Shown here: piece by piece, positions 35,881 to 48,529 of the stretch | How positions within the stretch are numbered: position 1 is the stretch's first letter | Layout of the letters: each line of letters opens with the position of its first letter | Assembly (NCBI RefSeq): GCF_018977255.1 | Contig: NW_024704742.1 | Coordinates: 126,296,001-126,360,000, forward strand | Direction: 5' to 3' | Origin: Callorhinchus milii | Lineage: Eukaryota | Length of the DNA: 64,000 bases | Program-made: the position numbers and the translations under genes | Notes under the pieces: generated by a model | What the model was told of the DNA's origin: nothing | Databases searched by the model: none | What the model saw: only the letters and a program-made list of their open reading frames with translations

Positions 35881-38476
35881 ACAAATCCATAGATTATTCT
35901 TATTCTATGCACCAGTAGACTCTTTAGTTAGAATCGTTGCATTAAATTAAATCAAATTGGGATTGAATTTAAGGTGAATGTAACAGAGAGCAGTAATTGG
36001 GTACGAAACATTTTAATGTTCAAAGACCATCACATATGAAAAAAGTTTAAAATAACTACACATGACTAAAATGTTTACATCTGTCATAAATTTATATTTA
36101 TTCCATTTGATTTTATGATAATTCAGTAAAGTGCACATCAAACTGATTGCATTCTTCGGTAGCTCTGCGCTTTTGATCAATTAGCTGAAAGTTCTGAATT
36201 GTCATAAAGATACTCACATAATAATAATAATAATAATCCTTGCATTTGATATAGTACCTTACCATGTTGTCAAAATGTCTCAAAGCATTTTACAAGTTGA
36301 ACAGTTTCACCTTAACTTTATGAGTTCAAAGTCCTTGCCTGGGGCTTCAAGCTAGAATCTTCTGATTTAGAGGCAAGAGTGCTACCAATTGGTATCAGTT
36401 GAATGACCAATTTTTTCTGGAGGATTTGATCAGGGCATTGGGAGAAATTCCCTCTTTTCTTAATAGTGCCATTGGGATCTTTAACTTCCACCTGAAAAGA
36501 CAGATAGAACCTCAGTTTATCTTCTCACCCGCAAACATATGTGAAACATCTCAAGACACAATAATTAAGAGATGGAAGTTTCTCCCAGTGCCCTGGCCAG
36601 CAATCTCCTGATTTCCATTATTAATATTATTCCATTATTCATAACTTGGAGGGAACTTGCTGGCACAAATAGCTGCCATGTTTGCCAAAAACAAGTCACT
36701 TTACTTGACAATAATTACATGTGACGTACTTTGAGAAATTTGAATAAGGTACTATGAAATGCAGAGTCTTCTTTTTGTTTGCCATGTATAAAGAATATCA
36801 TTTAGCTTCTGGCACAAATATCTCTTGGCAATAAAGTATTCAAAAAGAGAAGCAAATTTAACCTGGCCAAAAATCCTCCAAATAAATTGCTAATTTGTTT
36901 TATGGCTATTTGTGGGACACTGCTGTTCACGAATTGGCTGCCATGTTTGCATACAAACACACAGTCACTACATTGAATAATTTTGAGACATTTTGAGACA
37001 TTTTAAGTTGTGAGTGCTACATAAAATACAGTGATGATTATTATTAATATTAACCATATTTCCAAGCTATCTAGTTGATGTGGACACTGGGTGTGCTGGA
37101 ATGTTTTTTGGATGAGACATTAAATTTGAGGTCCTGTCTGCTTCTTAAGGTGGACATTAAAGATTTCATAGCACTATTGAAAAAGAGGAGTGAGTTTCTC
37201 CCAGTTTCTCCATTCCCCAGTGTCCTAGCCAACAATCCCTCAGATAAAAATTGATCATTCAATCTATGGCTGTCTTTGGAACATTATTTTACTTACTGCA
37301 TCTCACTTTTGAAATGTAATTGCCTAAAAAGAAAACTTCAGAATATTTGTTGTAATTTTGCAAACCGATCAAAGTTTCTGAATATTTTTCTGTTTTTCAC
37401 ATCCATTATTCAACCACCTGATTGGCGTCCTTACTATTATTTTTCTTATTTTATGTGTTACCCACACCTCTGGTCTGAGAGAATAAAGTGAACAACCCAC
37501 TCCAAGGCGTGTGCCACACTCCGAGACTCTGCCCCTCTATAAGGTGGCTATATTAATGCAAGTTGTTGCTGTTGCCAGACTATGTCTCACTGGACATGAA
37601 GAATGGCCATATAATTTTCCTTCCTCACACAAGAAAATGCCCACCCCTGCCATAGGCAGTGAATAGAAATTCTTTGGGGGGCTGAGTAAATCTCAGTTAA
37701 AGGGTTGGTCCCCTTTAAGACAGGTGAGCTATTGGCTTGACTGACAGATCCATCGGCTAATTAAAGGTGAGGATGCCCCACCAAGCAGTTCCCCTGGAAG
37801 TGGGCAGGTGCTGCCAGTGAGTTGGTAGAGGGGCAAGAAGGGACCCAAGGTTACAGTGAGTTGGTGCTGCTCAGAGGGCTGACTGTGGTCCTCCTCAGAG
37901 CTCAGGGCTTTCCCCTCCCAGCTTCCCTTAACAAGGTGAACTGCAGATAGATTTGGGGAGGTCTGAGCCCCTTCTCGCTCCAGCAACCGGCCACCTATGA
38001 CCCCTGCTCCAAGGTTCCCTTGAGCAATGTAACCAAACAGAATGTGCGCTCCTTCCACTCCATCTACTATTCATTGGTTTTGAAACCCAAGTCCCATTGC
38101 ACTGCAGCAGATTTTGTTGTAAAATGTGGCATGCATTGTCTGTTATTTTATGAGCTGAGTTCAATATTTACAACAAATCCTGGTACTAATATAGCACTAT
38201 CATAAAGTACCTTCACCTTTGTTGGTACAGATTATAAATACAGCATGCTTGCTACAATTTTCCACTCTTCTCACCTTACGATGAGGTGTTTGGGGTGAAC
38301 TGCCTGCTATTAAATGCAACAGCTTTTGACTGACTTGGCAGCCAGACAGGTAGAGAGCATTAATTTTTCCATTTTCTACTTATAAATTATACATTAAGAA
38401 CATAAACCATTCAAATAAATGTTGAGCTCCTTATGCAAAATATGTAGTGCAGTTTCCTGGCAGGAGAGCACAGATT

Positions 38477-39924
38477 TAGGGATGCAATCCCAGTGCTTTT
38501 TCTGAATCCCAGGATTTCAGTAGTTTAATGCCCCAGATCCCGGAATCCTGAGGTGTTAAATATTTCCTTGGAAAAACAGTAGGGAAGTCAGCCAAGGGCG
38601 CCAAGGCTGCACATCAATTTCTCCCCGAGCCACACCACCGATTCACCTCCCTCCTCGCCTAACTCAGCAACACAGCAGCCTGATATCAAGGGAGTGACCA
38701 ACAGTGGGGCAGGTGGGTGGCAGCTGGTGGAGAGAGGGTTAATGATGGGGCAGAATTATTGACAAAAAGAGAGAGAAAGTGACACAGACAGAAAGAGTGA
38801 CAGAAAACGCCAATGTCACATAGAGATACTAAGAGAGAGAGAGAGAGAGAGACACTCATATAAATGGTATAGAATCATGGAATCTTACAGCACAGAAGGA
38901 AGCCATTTGGTTCATCGTGCCGGTGCCAGTTCTTTGAAAGAGCTATCCGACTAGTGCCACAACCCCACTCTTACGCCATAGCTCTGCAATTTTTTTCCTT
39001 TTCATGTACCTATCTAATTCCCTTTTGAAAGCTATTTATTGAATCTGCTTCCACAACCCTTTCAGCCAATGTATTCCAGATCATAACAACTCTTTGGGTA
39101 AAAAAAATTCTTCCCACCTCCCCTCTAGTTCTTTTGCCAATTATTTAAAATCTGTGTCTTCTGGTTACCGACTTACCCACCAGAGGAAACAGTTTCTCCC
39201 TGTCTGCTCTAAAACACTCCGAGACGCTGTCCGTCATGAAGGGCACTATATAAATTCAAGTTGTTGTTGTAAAACCACTCATAATTTTGAGCATTTCTAT
39301 AAAATCTCGCCTCAATCTTCTTTGCTCTAAGGAGAGCAATCCCAGCCTTTCTAGCCTATCTAATTTAATATTCTAGTATATAATATTCAGAGAGAGAGAG
39401 AAAAGAGGGACATAACACAGAAGAACTGACAGAGAGTGGAGAGAGAGATACGTACAGAGTCAGAGATAAACTGAACAAGGGTGATTGGCACATATAGGGT
39501 GAGAGGGAGAAAGGATGTCAAATACAAAGTGAGAGAAAGAGAGACAGCGATATACAGGAGAGACACTGATAGAAATCAAAAAATGGAAAACTAATCGCAA
39601 AACAAATGAGATAATAATAATAATCCTTGCATTTGATATAGCGCCTTATCACGCCACTGAGACTTCTCAAAGCGCTTCAAAGGATATAATGTGAAGTGGG
39701 TTAACACTGTAACATAACATTATCCGAAAGCAACTACTGAGAGGTTGTTTGTTTGAGGGGGCAGACAAAAGAGAGAGAAAACAATGCAGTGATGTACAGA
39801 AAATGCCTTTGCCACTGTTTGTTATATTTTTTAATACGATCCCCAAATCCCAGAATTGTCTTCAATAAATCCCGGGGATTTCGAGAGCACCATTATCATA
39901 CGAGATCCTGGGATCAGGATTGCA
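38477..39924. mobile_element. Relic DNA transposon (hAT-like) with nested CR1 3' end (~38866-39360, minus) and SINE/L2 tails
   Basis: Left end TAGGGATGCAATCCC with subterminal atccc(a/g)gga repeats. The right end has atcccggggat...ctgggatcaGGATTGCA, a partial inverse of the left terminus. Confidence 0.55.
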
Positions 39925-41658
39925 AAGAGCAATTTGAGGGCAGACAATAAGCATTTCTGTACACAGAGGGTAAAGAGAAAAAAGCCATCAATTTCATGGC
40001 TGTTTGTGACACATTGCTGTGTGTACATTAGCTACTGTATTCACCTACAGATACACAGTCACTACAGTTCTCATATGCTTTACAGAAAACGCTGTATTTC
40101 AAGTAATACGGTGATATATCAAATGCAAGGATTATTATTATAATTAACAGCTGGAACAGGTTACCCAAGAAGGGTGGTAGAGGCCAGGATGTTGAAGTCA
40201 AATAAAAGAAACAGCTTGACCCTTTAATGGACAGATGGTAGGGTGGGTATTCAGAGATCAAATGGGCTGAAGGGCCTTCTTCATCTGAACCTTTCTTGTG
40301 ATCTTGTGACCTTGGACTCTTACAGTAATCGGACGCTTGGTTTTCCCACGAGACTTCAGAACAACACGAAAGGGAGCTGAAAAGTGGGAGTAAAGAAAAG
40401 GGGCCATTTAAAAAAACAGGTAGCAATGACACCGAATGATCCCACTTCTATGCAGAACATTTCTATATTCCTATGTTTCTAAGAGAAATGTGTTTTTATT
40501 AAAGAGTTAATCTATGAATGAGGGAATACACTGAGTAATGCCATAGGAGTTGAAAAATCAGATATCTAATAACATGTTTTTAACAATACACCATTAAAGA
40601 GCTGGAAACATAAGCCCACAGTATCAGAGCACAGCAAGACTTTGAACTCATTTGATACACTGTGTATTCCATCCAGGTATTTCAATGGGTGGTGGGGAAG
40701 GAGAGGAAATGAGAGTGGAAAACGTTGAGGTGTTTATTGAAGATCTTTACATTATTTGCAATGATATTCGCAGCTGCCAAGTAGGGGGACAAAACATTTT
40801 CTGATTTGTATCCAAAATGTCATGAGCAATTTCTTCCCCAGCCACATTGACAAAAGAAAGAACTGACAGATGTATTCAGTGGTATTAATATGATACCTGA
40901 GTCAATGGGCTTTCTTTCGCATATCTGTAGTTTAATCAGCAATGGTTTTTTGTGCATAGGTTCATAGGTAACACATCAAGGAGAGACAAGCCTCTTGAGT
41001 TTTATCCAAGATGAAACAGTAAAGTGATACTATGTAGGTGTTGAAACTTCACGCAAAATTTATGATGCAAAGATAACAGGATCCCTGATATCAAGTAAGT
41101 AACCAATGTTACAGAAAATACACAAGCAGCAATGGGACTCGAGATATTTTTCAACATGAATACATTAACATGGACAACTTGTAGCCAAGTAAGAGAAATT
41201 GCTCCATGTTTACACTGCAAGCTCTGCAGTGTAAGTGTAAGCTTACAGTGTAAACACTCCATGTTTAAACACTCAATGTTTACACTCCAGTGTTGCCTCC
41301 TGACACTACCTGGAGAAGGTGATATCAGCAACTCTACAGTTGAGGAGAACTTTAACTTTGTTCATCTTTCCCAAAGAAAAGAGCAAAACAGAAATATTCC
41401 GAAAGAAATATTTGCTTTGTTCGTCTGTTTGTTCTGTATGCGGAAAGTAAGGGGCAGACGAGAGGAAGAGATTCTTCCCATTCAATCCTTGTTAACACTG
41501 CAAGTCAAATGTAATGTGTCCATTATACTCCAGGGCACTGCTCATGACAGACCAGTCAGCCTGGCTCAGTGGTAGGACTTGGAAGGGCACACCAATCACT
41601 AATAGCATGGATACTTCCTCCTCAGCTCCTGTTAACTCTGCCAGCCAAAGCCCTATCA

Positions 41659-41660
<2 letters not shown>

Positions 41661-41709
<49 letters not shown>

Positions 41710-41950
41710 CCTTGCATTTGATATAGCGCTTTTCACGTCGGGAGGACGTCCCAAAGCGCTTCACAGAATATACTGTAAAGTGAATTGACTGTATATTTGT
41801 GGGCGAACGCGGCAGCCAATTGCGCACAGCAATGTCCCACAAACAGTCGTAGATTGAAAATGACCAATTTATTATTGTTTTTGTTTTTTGGAGGGATTAT
41901 TATTAGGCGTGTGGAGTAAGGAAACTTGCCCAAGGTTTCGCCCTGCCTGG
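41661..41950 (-). mobile_element. 5'-truncated young tRNA SINE with a long (TAA)n tail, inserted in the unassigned old repeat
   Basis: Near-identical to the copies at 17692 and 28368. The flanks (41540-41660 and 41951-42262) rejoin into the old repeat family sequence. Confidence 0.9.
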
Positions 41951-44900
41951 TAGGGTGATCCTGGATTGCCTGACAGTATTTTCAATGGCAAGATATGCAG
42001 CTTTAACTGGTTAAATTCCAGCAGAACTCCAACTCACACGGTGAGGACTCTAAGTCTTGGCCTCTTCCAACCTGCGCCTAACATTCACCGGAATTAGGCA
42101 GGCCAAATGCATCGCTCCGGGGAGAGAGTACATATTGCATTCCAGATGCAGGAATTTCCATGTGTGGGTGGCGTGCATGGGACTCTTGATGTGGTATAGA
42201 TACTCTTAAGCAAGGTGCTGAATTCCTGCATGGGTCAGACAATCAGCTAACCCTAAAAAAAAAGAAAAATGATACTTGCGATTGGTGAATTGAAAGCAGT
42301 AGTAATTAATTGATTGCTGATGATTTCAACCTAAAAGCTAACTAAAAACATTAACTCTCCCTGCCTCTGACTGTGACACAGCAGTTGGGACTAACAATAT
42401 CAGTGCTACCAATGTTATCGCTAACCTCAGATTCTAGCGGTCAGCAACAAAAAGGTGGGTCTGGGATCTTTAGACCAGCTCCACATCTAAACATGGCGCC
42501 AAAGCAAAGGGATGGGATCCAGGCTAAGCTTAGGTTATCACCTGGATGGATGTTGAGACCTTTCTTTGCATCACTAATAAATACATGGAGAGTCCATTAA
42601 GAACAATCATAATTTTCACCCCCATTCTCTTCCACTCACTGCCTTTCAATGAGTTTGATTCCAAGGACTGAGAGTGTACTTGTGTCACATCAGTTTTAAC
42701 TGTTTGCTCCTGGTTTACATTGTCTCACTGTCTCACTCGAGTTTTCTAATCGCAGTGCAAATGGCACAGGAATTCCAGATGATGCCACTTGGTGGCAGCA
42801 GTTCTTCTGCCAAGATCAGTTCTGCAACATATGTCTGTCATGTGGGAGTTAAGTACTGCAACTTACTGGATCCTAAACTCTATCATGTAGTACCTGTCAT
42901 GCCAGGTAAGCAAAATATTTTTTTATTAATAATGCTTCAATTTAATATAGCTGTTTATCAGGTCACACCATATCCAAGTATTCACACAAAGAGTTACTTG
43001 AAGTGTAGTGACTGTTACAATTTAGCTATTCTAGGATAATATGAATAACTAAGTTTAACGTGTATTTTCGGTTGTGCTATCGACTGAGCCAGATTGACAT
43101 TAGAGTACAGGCTCTGGTATGGAGCTCAAACCTACACCCTTCAAACCCAGCAGCAAGTTTGCTACCAGCTGAGACTAATTGATTTCCAGGAAATAATGAT
43201 TCAACTTTTGGTCCTGGCCAATAATCCTGATAAAATTGGTCATAGCTGTTTGTGGGATATTGCTCACAAAGTAGTTGCTACAATCAACTACAAAAAATAC
43301 ACAGCATTGCACTTTACAGTAAATCCTGTGAAATGCTTTGAGTCATTTCGGCAACATGTTAAGACACTGTATCACTGCATGACTGCATGACTACTGTATT
43401 ATTACAATTTTCTTAATAATAATAATAATCCTTGCATTTGTTATAGAGCCTTATAGCGATATAGCGACATTCTCCCAATCTGAAGGTCCCTTACATACAA
43501 ATGTAATTTGTTTGTTGCTGTTATCACATCATTGTGATGTCTCAAAGTGCTTTACAGAATGTATCGTAAAGTGGATTGACTGTTTATTTTGTGGGCAAAA
43601 TTATTATTTTAGCAAATCTTCTCGAAACAAAAATCAAGCAGAACAAGTTTGTAGCACAGAGCACATTGCTGCGAGAGTTTATCTCTGACGCTAGGGGTCC
43701 AAAAATGTCATCTAATCTGTAAAACGACTTTGTCTCAAAAATTAAGCTGGTGCAAAATTGTGGAAAATTCTTGAATTTAAATTTACAAGTAACATCATGG
43801 GATCTTTAATGTTCACCTGAAATGGACATGTAGACTGCACAAAACCAACCCTCCAAACATTGGGCAAGCTTCCTTACTCCAAATGTCTCTGTTTACCTTA
43901 GGAACCCGGTTGGGTAATAATCCCTTCAAAAATAAATCAATAAATAAATGAAGAATAATAATTTGGTCACTCAATCTGCAACTGTTTGTGGAATACTACT
44001 GTGCGCAATGTATTGCCGTGTTTCGCCCACAAAATATACGGTCAATTTACTTTACAGTATATTCTGTAAAGCGCTTTGGAGGTCTCAAAGATGTGATAAG
44101 GTGCTATATCAAATGCAAGGATTATTATATTTATTAGATAGATTCAAGCATTGCAATAATTCTATGAAAGTCTCAATTTTGTCCACAGAGTAGGTACGTT
44201 CACCTGAAGAAAAAAAATTGTATCTCTCTGTGAGGGCCAAGAGTTCATTTTCAAATGAAAGATCAAACATTTTTTGAACACAAGGCTGCACACTTTGTGG
44301 TTTTGCTATTTGTACATAAAACATTAAAACTGTCTGTCTCCAGGGCACAAAAAAGTATATGATTGTGCCAGACCTAGGTGTGGTGGGGAAGATGACAGCA
44401 ATAAGCACCTGTTAATGTTTTTTTGATGACGAAATAATAATCCTTACATTAGTTAGAGTGCTGTTCACATTGGGAGGAAAGCTTTCCAAAATGTGTCAAG
44501 TCATGTGCTTCCAGCTAGTTAAACTCCAGCAATACCCCAATGCACACTGTGGGATCCCCAAGTTTTGGCTCTTTTCAACCTGTACCTAATACTCTCTGCA
44601 ACTAAGTATGTCTCCAGAGAGTATGCAATCCATTCCAGACCCAGAATCTTCTATGTATAGGTGTCATGCTTATGTGGAATGCTTAGTTTGGTTTGGCCAA
44701 TGCCCTAACTCATAAAATGGTCTTAGCTGGACAAGCTGTGGGAAACTTGTCAGTGTTCACAATGACAAGCTATGCAGTTTCAGATGATTAAACCCCAGCA
44801 TACTTTGGGTCTGCACCTTGGCACTTGCCAATCTGCACCTTGGCTCTTGCCAACCTGTCCATCTTTGTCAAGAGAGTATGGGGAAATACATAGGAACTGG

Positions 44901-46019
44901 ACGACCAAAACTGACACAGACGATTGACTCGATTCCGCCATTCCATACTGTGGGTAATCTGACTTGATGCTAAGTCAAGGTGGAAATGTATATCATTATC
45001 CAGATGACCTTTGACATTTTTTTTAAAACAATACAAATTTTGATCAAAGTAATAACAATAGTAAACTCTGTGTGGGAAATGGCTGGCTCTGATGAAGAAT
45101 CCTTTTCCTAAATGCCTGTGGCCTCAGTATTTGATCAAAATCACTATTTATTTCCTCCCTATTCTCCTGACAAAGCAGAACTTTCACTAAATATACATGC
45201 TATGCACTGTTTTCAATTTACCATTTAATTGTATTTTTTAAAATACGTGTCTTCTAGCAGAAACAGCCAATTAAGTACATACATACACAATATAATGTAG
45301 AATCAGAAAGACTTGCCTCTGTTTTGTGAGTGACGATCAATAGATGGGGTTGCAGTCAGTTTTGGCACTGTTGAAAACTAAGCACTATGATAAGATGACT
45401 TTCTAATTTTTCATTCTCTTGTCCATTTCTTCCTGTTTATATAGATCCTCAAAAGACCATTAGGGTTTTCCTGTTTCAGTGGATTGCAGGGTTCCTATTT
45501 GATCCCCAACTGTAGTCGTGGAAGACATTCCCAAACTATTTGTTTCAAATTAATGACAAGGGAAATAAACATTCCTGTGCTTTATCTTCCAATACTGAAG
45601 CAAGTGTGTTGAGCATTTTGTTACCTTCATTGCCGCAGAGCTGTCAGAATGAATGGTAATGCCACATTACTCCATCTGATAAGAGGAAGGTGAAGTGCTA
45701 GTCTGTGCTCTTTAATCTGTCAAAGTTTATTTTCTTTCCTTTTTGACACTTACCAGTATTATAGACCCTGGGTGATTCCTAGATCCCAGCCAATAGTCTC
45801 CACACACAAGGAATTACACGTATGCTAACTATGAGGAATAACATACATTAAATCACATCTTTTATCGTGGGAGTAAGATCAATCATCAGGCCTGATCCAA
45901 GAGATATGATTTCTTCACATACCACCCCAGCTTCCGGGGTGGTCTCACATTATAACAACTAGTCAGAGGAAAATTAGGCTGTAAATGGGAGACCTTTGAA
46001 AGATTAGGCAACAGGCAGT

Positions 46020-46372
46020 GTCCCTGTCTCACTCTATCGCTCTATATCAATGTCGACCTCTTTTCAGTTTGCATCTCTCTCTCTCTCATGCTCACTCCAT
46101 TGTATATCTCGCTTTAGTTTTCATCTCTCTCTCTCTCTCTCTCTCACCCCTCCACCTCTCATTAGTTTTCATCCCTCGCTCTACCCCTCTTCACCTCTCT
46201 TTAATTTCCATCTCTATCTGACTGTCTCTCTCACTTGCTCACTCTATTCCCCATCTCTCTTTAGTTTCCATCTCTCTCTCTCTACTCTCCATCTCTCTTT
46301 AGTTTTCACCTCTGTCTCCCTTTCGATCTCTATCTCTCTGCACTTCTCTAAAGTTTCCATCTCTCTCTGTCT
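46020..46372. repeat. CT-rich degenerate minisatellite / low-complexity tract
   Basis: Recurrent ctctctttagttt(t/c)catctctct units. Confidence 0.75.
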
Positions 46373-46377
46373 TGCTC

Positions 46378-46963
46378 CCTTCTTGGGGGATGGGTTTAAG
46401 TGGGGTCTCATTGGAACTGAGCTGGCTCCAAAGTGACATGCTTGGTAACAGAATGTTGGAATCGAGTCCATCCTCTGTCGCAGTCTTAGTAGTCCAGTTC
46501 CTGGGTCAGGCAGATCCATGGTACTTCAAAACACTGCTAATTACGGATCAGCCAGCCTGGCTCATTGGCAGAGTTTGGACATGTACACTTATGGGCAGGG
46601 ATTCTTCCCATTTCTGTTTACACTGCAAACCAAAGTCCTAAAGTCCTAAAGTCCTCGTTGGACAAGCAGTTGAAGCTTCCAGACAGTGGTTTCAATGGCA
46701 ATATATGGATTTTAGCTGTTACATTCCAGCAGCACATCAACTCACAGTGTGCGGTCCCTAAGTCTTGGCTCTTGCCAACCCGTACCTAATACAATTCAGA
46801 ATGAAGTAATCAGAGTGCATCCCTCTGGGTAGAAAGTGCGTATTCCATTACAGATGTGGCAGTTGCCAGGTGCAAGGGCCAAGCATGGAACTCTGTCTGG
46901 TTCAGATAGTTTTAAGCAAAGTGGTAGGTTTCTATATGTGTCAGACACCTAGCTGACCAAAAC
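46378..46963 (+). repeat. Unassigned old interspersed repeat family, longest copy
   Basis: Colinear similarity with 33275-33450, 41540-42262, 32385-32510, 44515-44700, 50365-50660 and 51180-51546; ends gtcagacacctagctgaccaaaa. Confidence 0.75.
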
Positions 46964-47380
46964 AGATCCCCCTCTCCACCTCGCTCCATACGCTGCACCA
47001 AAATTGTGTATGTGCAAGTACAGCACGTGCACAAATTTGTAAGAAAAAGGGAAACCTGAGGGTCCCTGGATCAAGTGAAAATGAGACAAATTGTACAAAA
47101 TTTGCATCAAATAGTTAATTCAGCAGCAATGGTAAGACTGAAGCAAAGTGCTGTTCAATTGTAGGGCAACCAAAGGGAAGAATAAATCTTTCCACTTTCT
47201 GAGATATGCACAGACTTATACATAACACTCACAATGTGCTTTCCAGGTAGGGCTACCATTGCTTTTCAGAAGGTTTGAAGCCCAGGCTGACAATCCATTG
47301 CAGTGATGGACAAGCACTGCATTATTGGACTTGCCATCATTCGGATGAGATGGTAAACTGAGGTCTAATCCTTCTTTTCA

Positions 47381-47700
47381 GGAGTCCTGTAGCTCAGTGG
47401 TTAGACCACTTGCCTCGCAAAACGAGAGACCTGGGTTTGATTCCCAGCAGGGTGAAACCTTGGGCAAGTTTTCTTACTCCACACACCTGAAAATAATCCT
47501 TCAAGAAAAAAATAATAAATTGGTTGTTTCAATCCACGACTGTTTGTGGGACACTGCTGTGCGCAATTGGCTGCTAGGTTTCACCCACAAATATACAATC
47601 AATTCACTTTACAGTATATTTTGTGAAGCGCTTTGAGACGTCTAGAAAACGTGAAAAGCGCTACATCAAATGCAACGATTATTATTATTTATTATTATTT
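47381..47700 (+). mobile_element. Full-length tRNA SINE inserted in a Deu-type SINE
   Basis: ggagtcctgtagctcagtggttag head; TTTTCAG duplicated at both ends; the Deu body resumes with tggatgttaaagat. Confidence 0.85.
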
Positions 47701-48090
47701 TCAGTGGATGTTAAAGATTCTGTGACACTTGAAAAACAAGGCGTTTGTTACAGTGCCATCCAGGTGCACACATGCGGGAGAAGGGAAAAGAGGAGAATGA
47801 AGGATTATAAACACTGGCATGGCCTAGTTGGGTCAAGTGGCACATTTCCGTGCTGGAGATTTTATGTAATTCTATGTAATCAATCAAACTGGTCATTCAC
47901 TTCAATGTATGTTTCTTTGTAAGCTTTGCTGTACGTAAATTGACCACTGCGTTTGCCTCAAAATATATAATTTCTGTACTTGGCAGAAATTCACTGGAAA
48001 CTCTTTGAGGCGTTTTGACGGTAGAGGCACTGTAGCAGAGGCAAGAATTATTATTACTATATTTCAATCGACATGTCAATTGCAAAGATA

Positions 48091-48455
48091 CAGGGTTGCT
48101 AGATTAAGAGATAGCTACATCCAAGGAATTTTGTGGTAAAATTGGATGGATCGATTGTATACTCCTGCCTGAAATTGTTACTTTGTTTGTTTTGCTGTAT
48201 TTTCTTAACGAATGCCTAAACTTTCTTTAAACAAAGTTAAGAATTTGAACTTTAGTTGCGAAACGGCATGAACCGCTCACCATTCGGGCCTAATTTACGA
48301 TGTTTGCAAGAATTTTTGCATGTAGCGGAACTGGTTCTGTGCTTGGATGCCGGTCTCCTGTCAGGGGCCAGGAGTCTCGTATGACAACAATCCGAAAGTC
48401 GAAACCGACATGAATATCCGAGCGGCGTTCCAGAGAAATTACATCTGGCAACCTG
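48091..48455. mobile_element. Non-autonomous DNA transposon (MITE, ~365 bp)
   Basis: Imperfect terminal inverted repeats CAGGGTTGCTAGAT (48091) and ATCTGGCAACCTG (48443-48455), flanked by TA on both sides; CpG-rich interior. Confidence 0.65.
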
Positions 48456-48529
48456 TAGGATTCGCTGTTCACAAATCTTTCTGCAAACATCACCCATTAG
48501 AACTCTTCATTCTCCATGGATAAAAGCTG

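Noticed and set aside
41492..41933. ORFs with poly-Tyr/poly-Ile runs, recurring many times in the ORF track
   Set aside because: They are translations of SINE bodies and (TAA/ATT)n tails.
33276..46641. Apparently paralogous small ORFs (DMLGNRM.ESS.SSVAV) at 33276 and 46372
   Set aside because: The similarity comes from two copies of the unassigned old repeat. Other copies have indels and I see no frame conservation.
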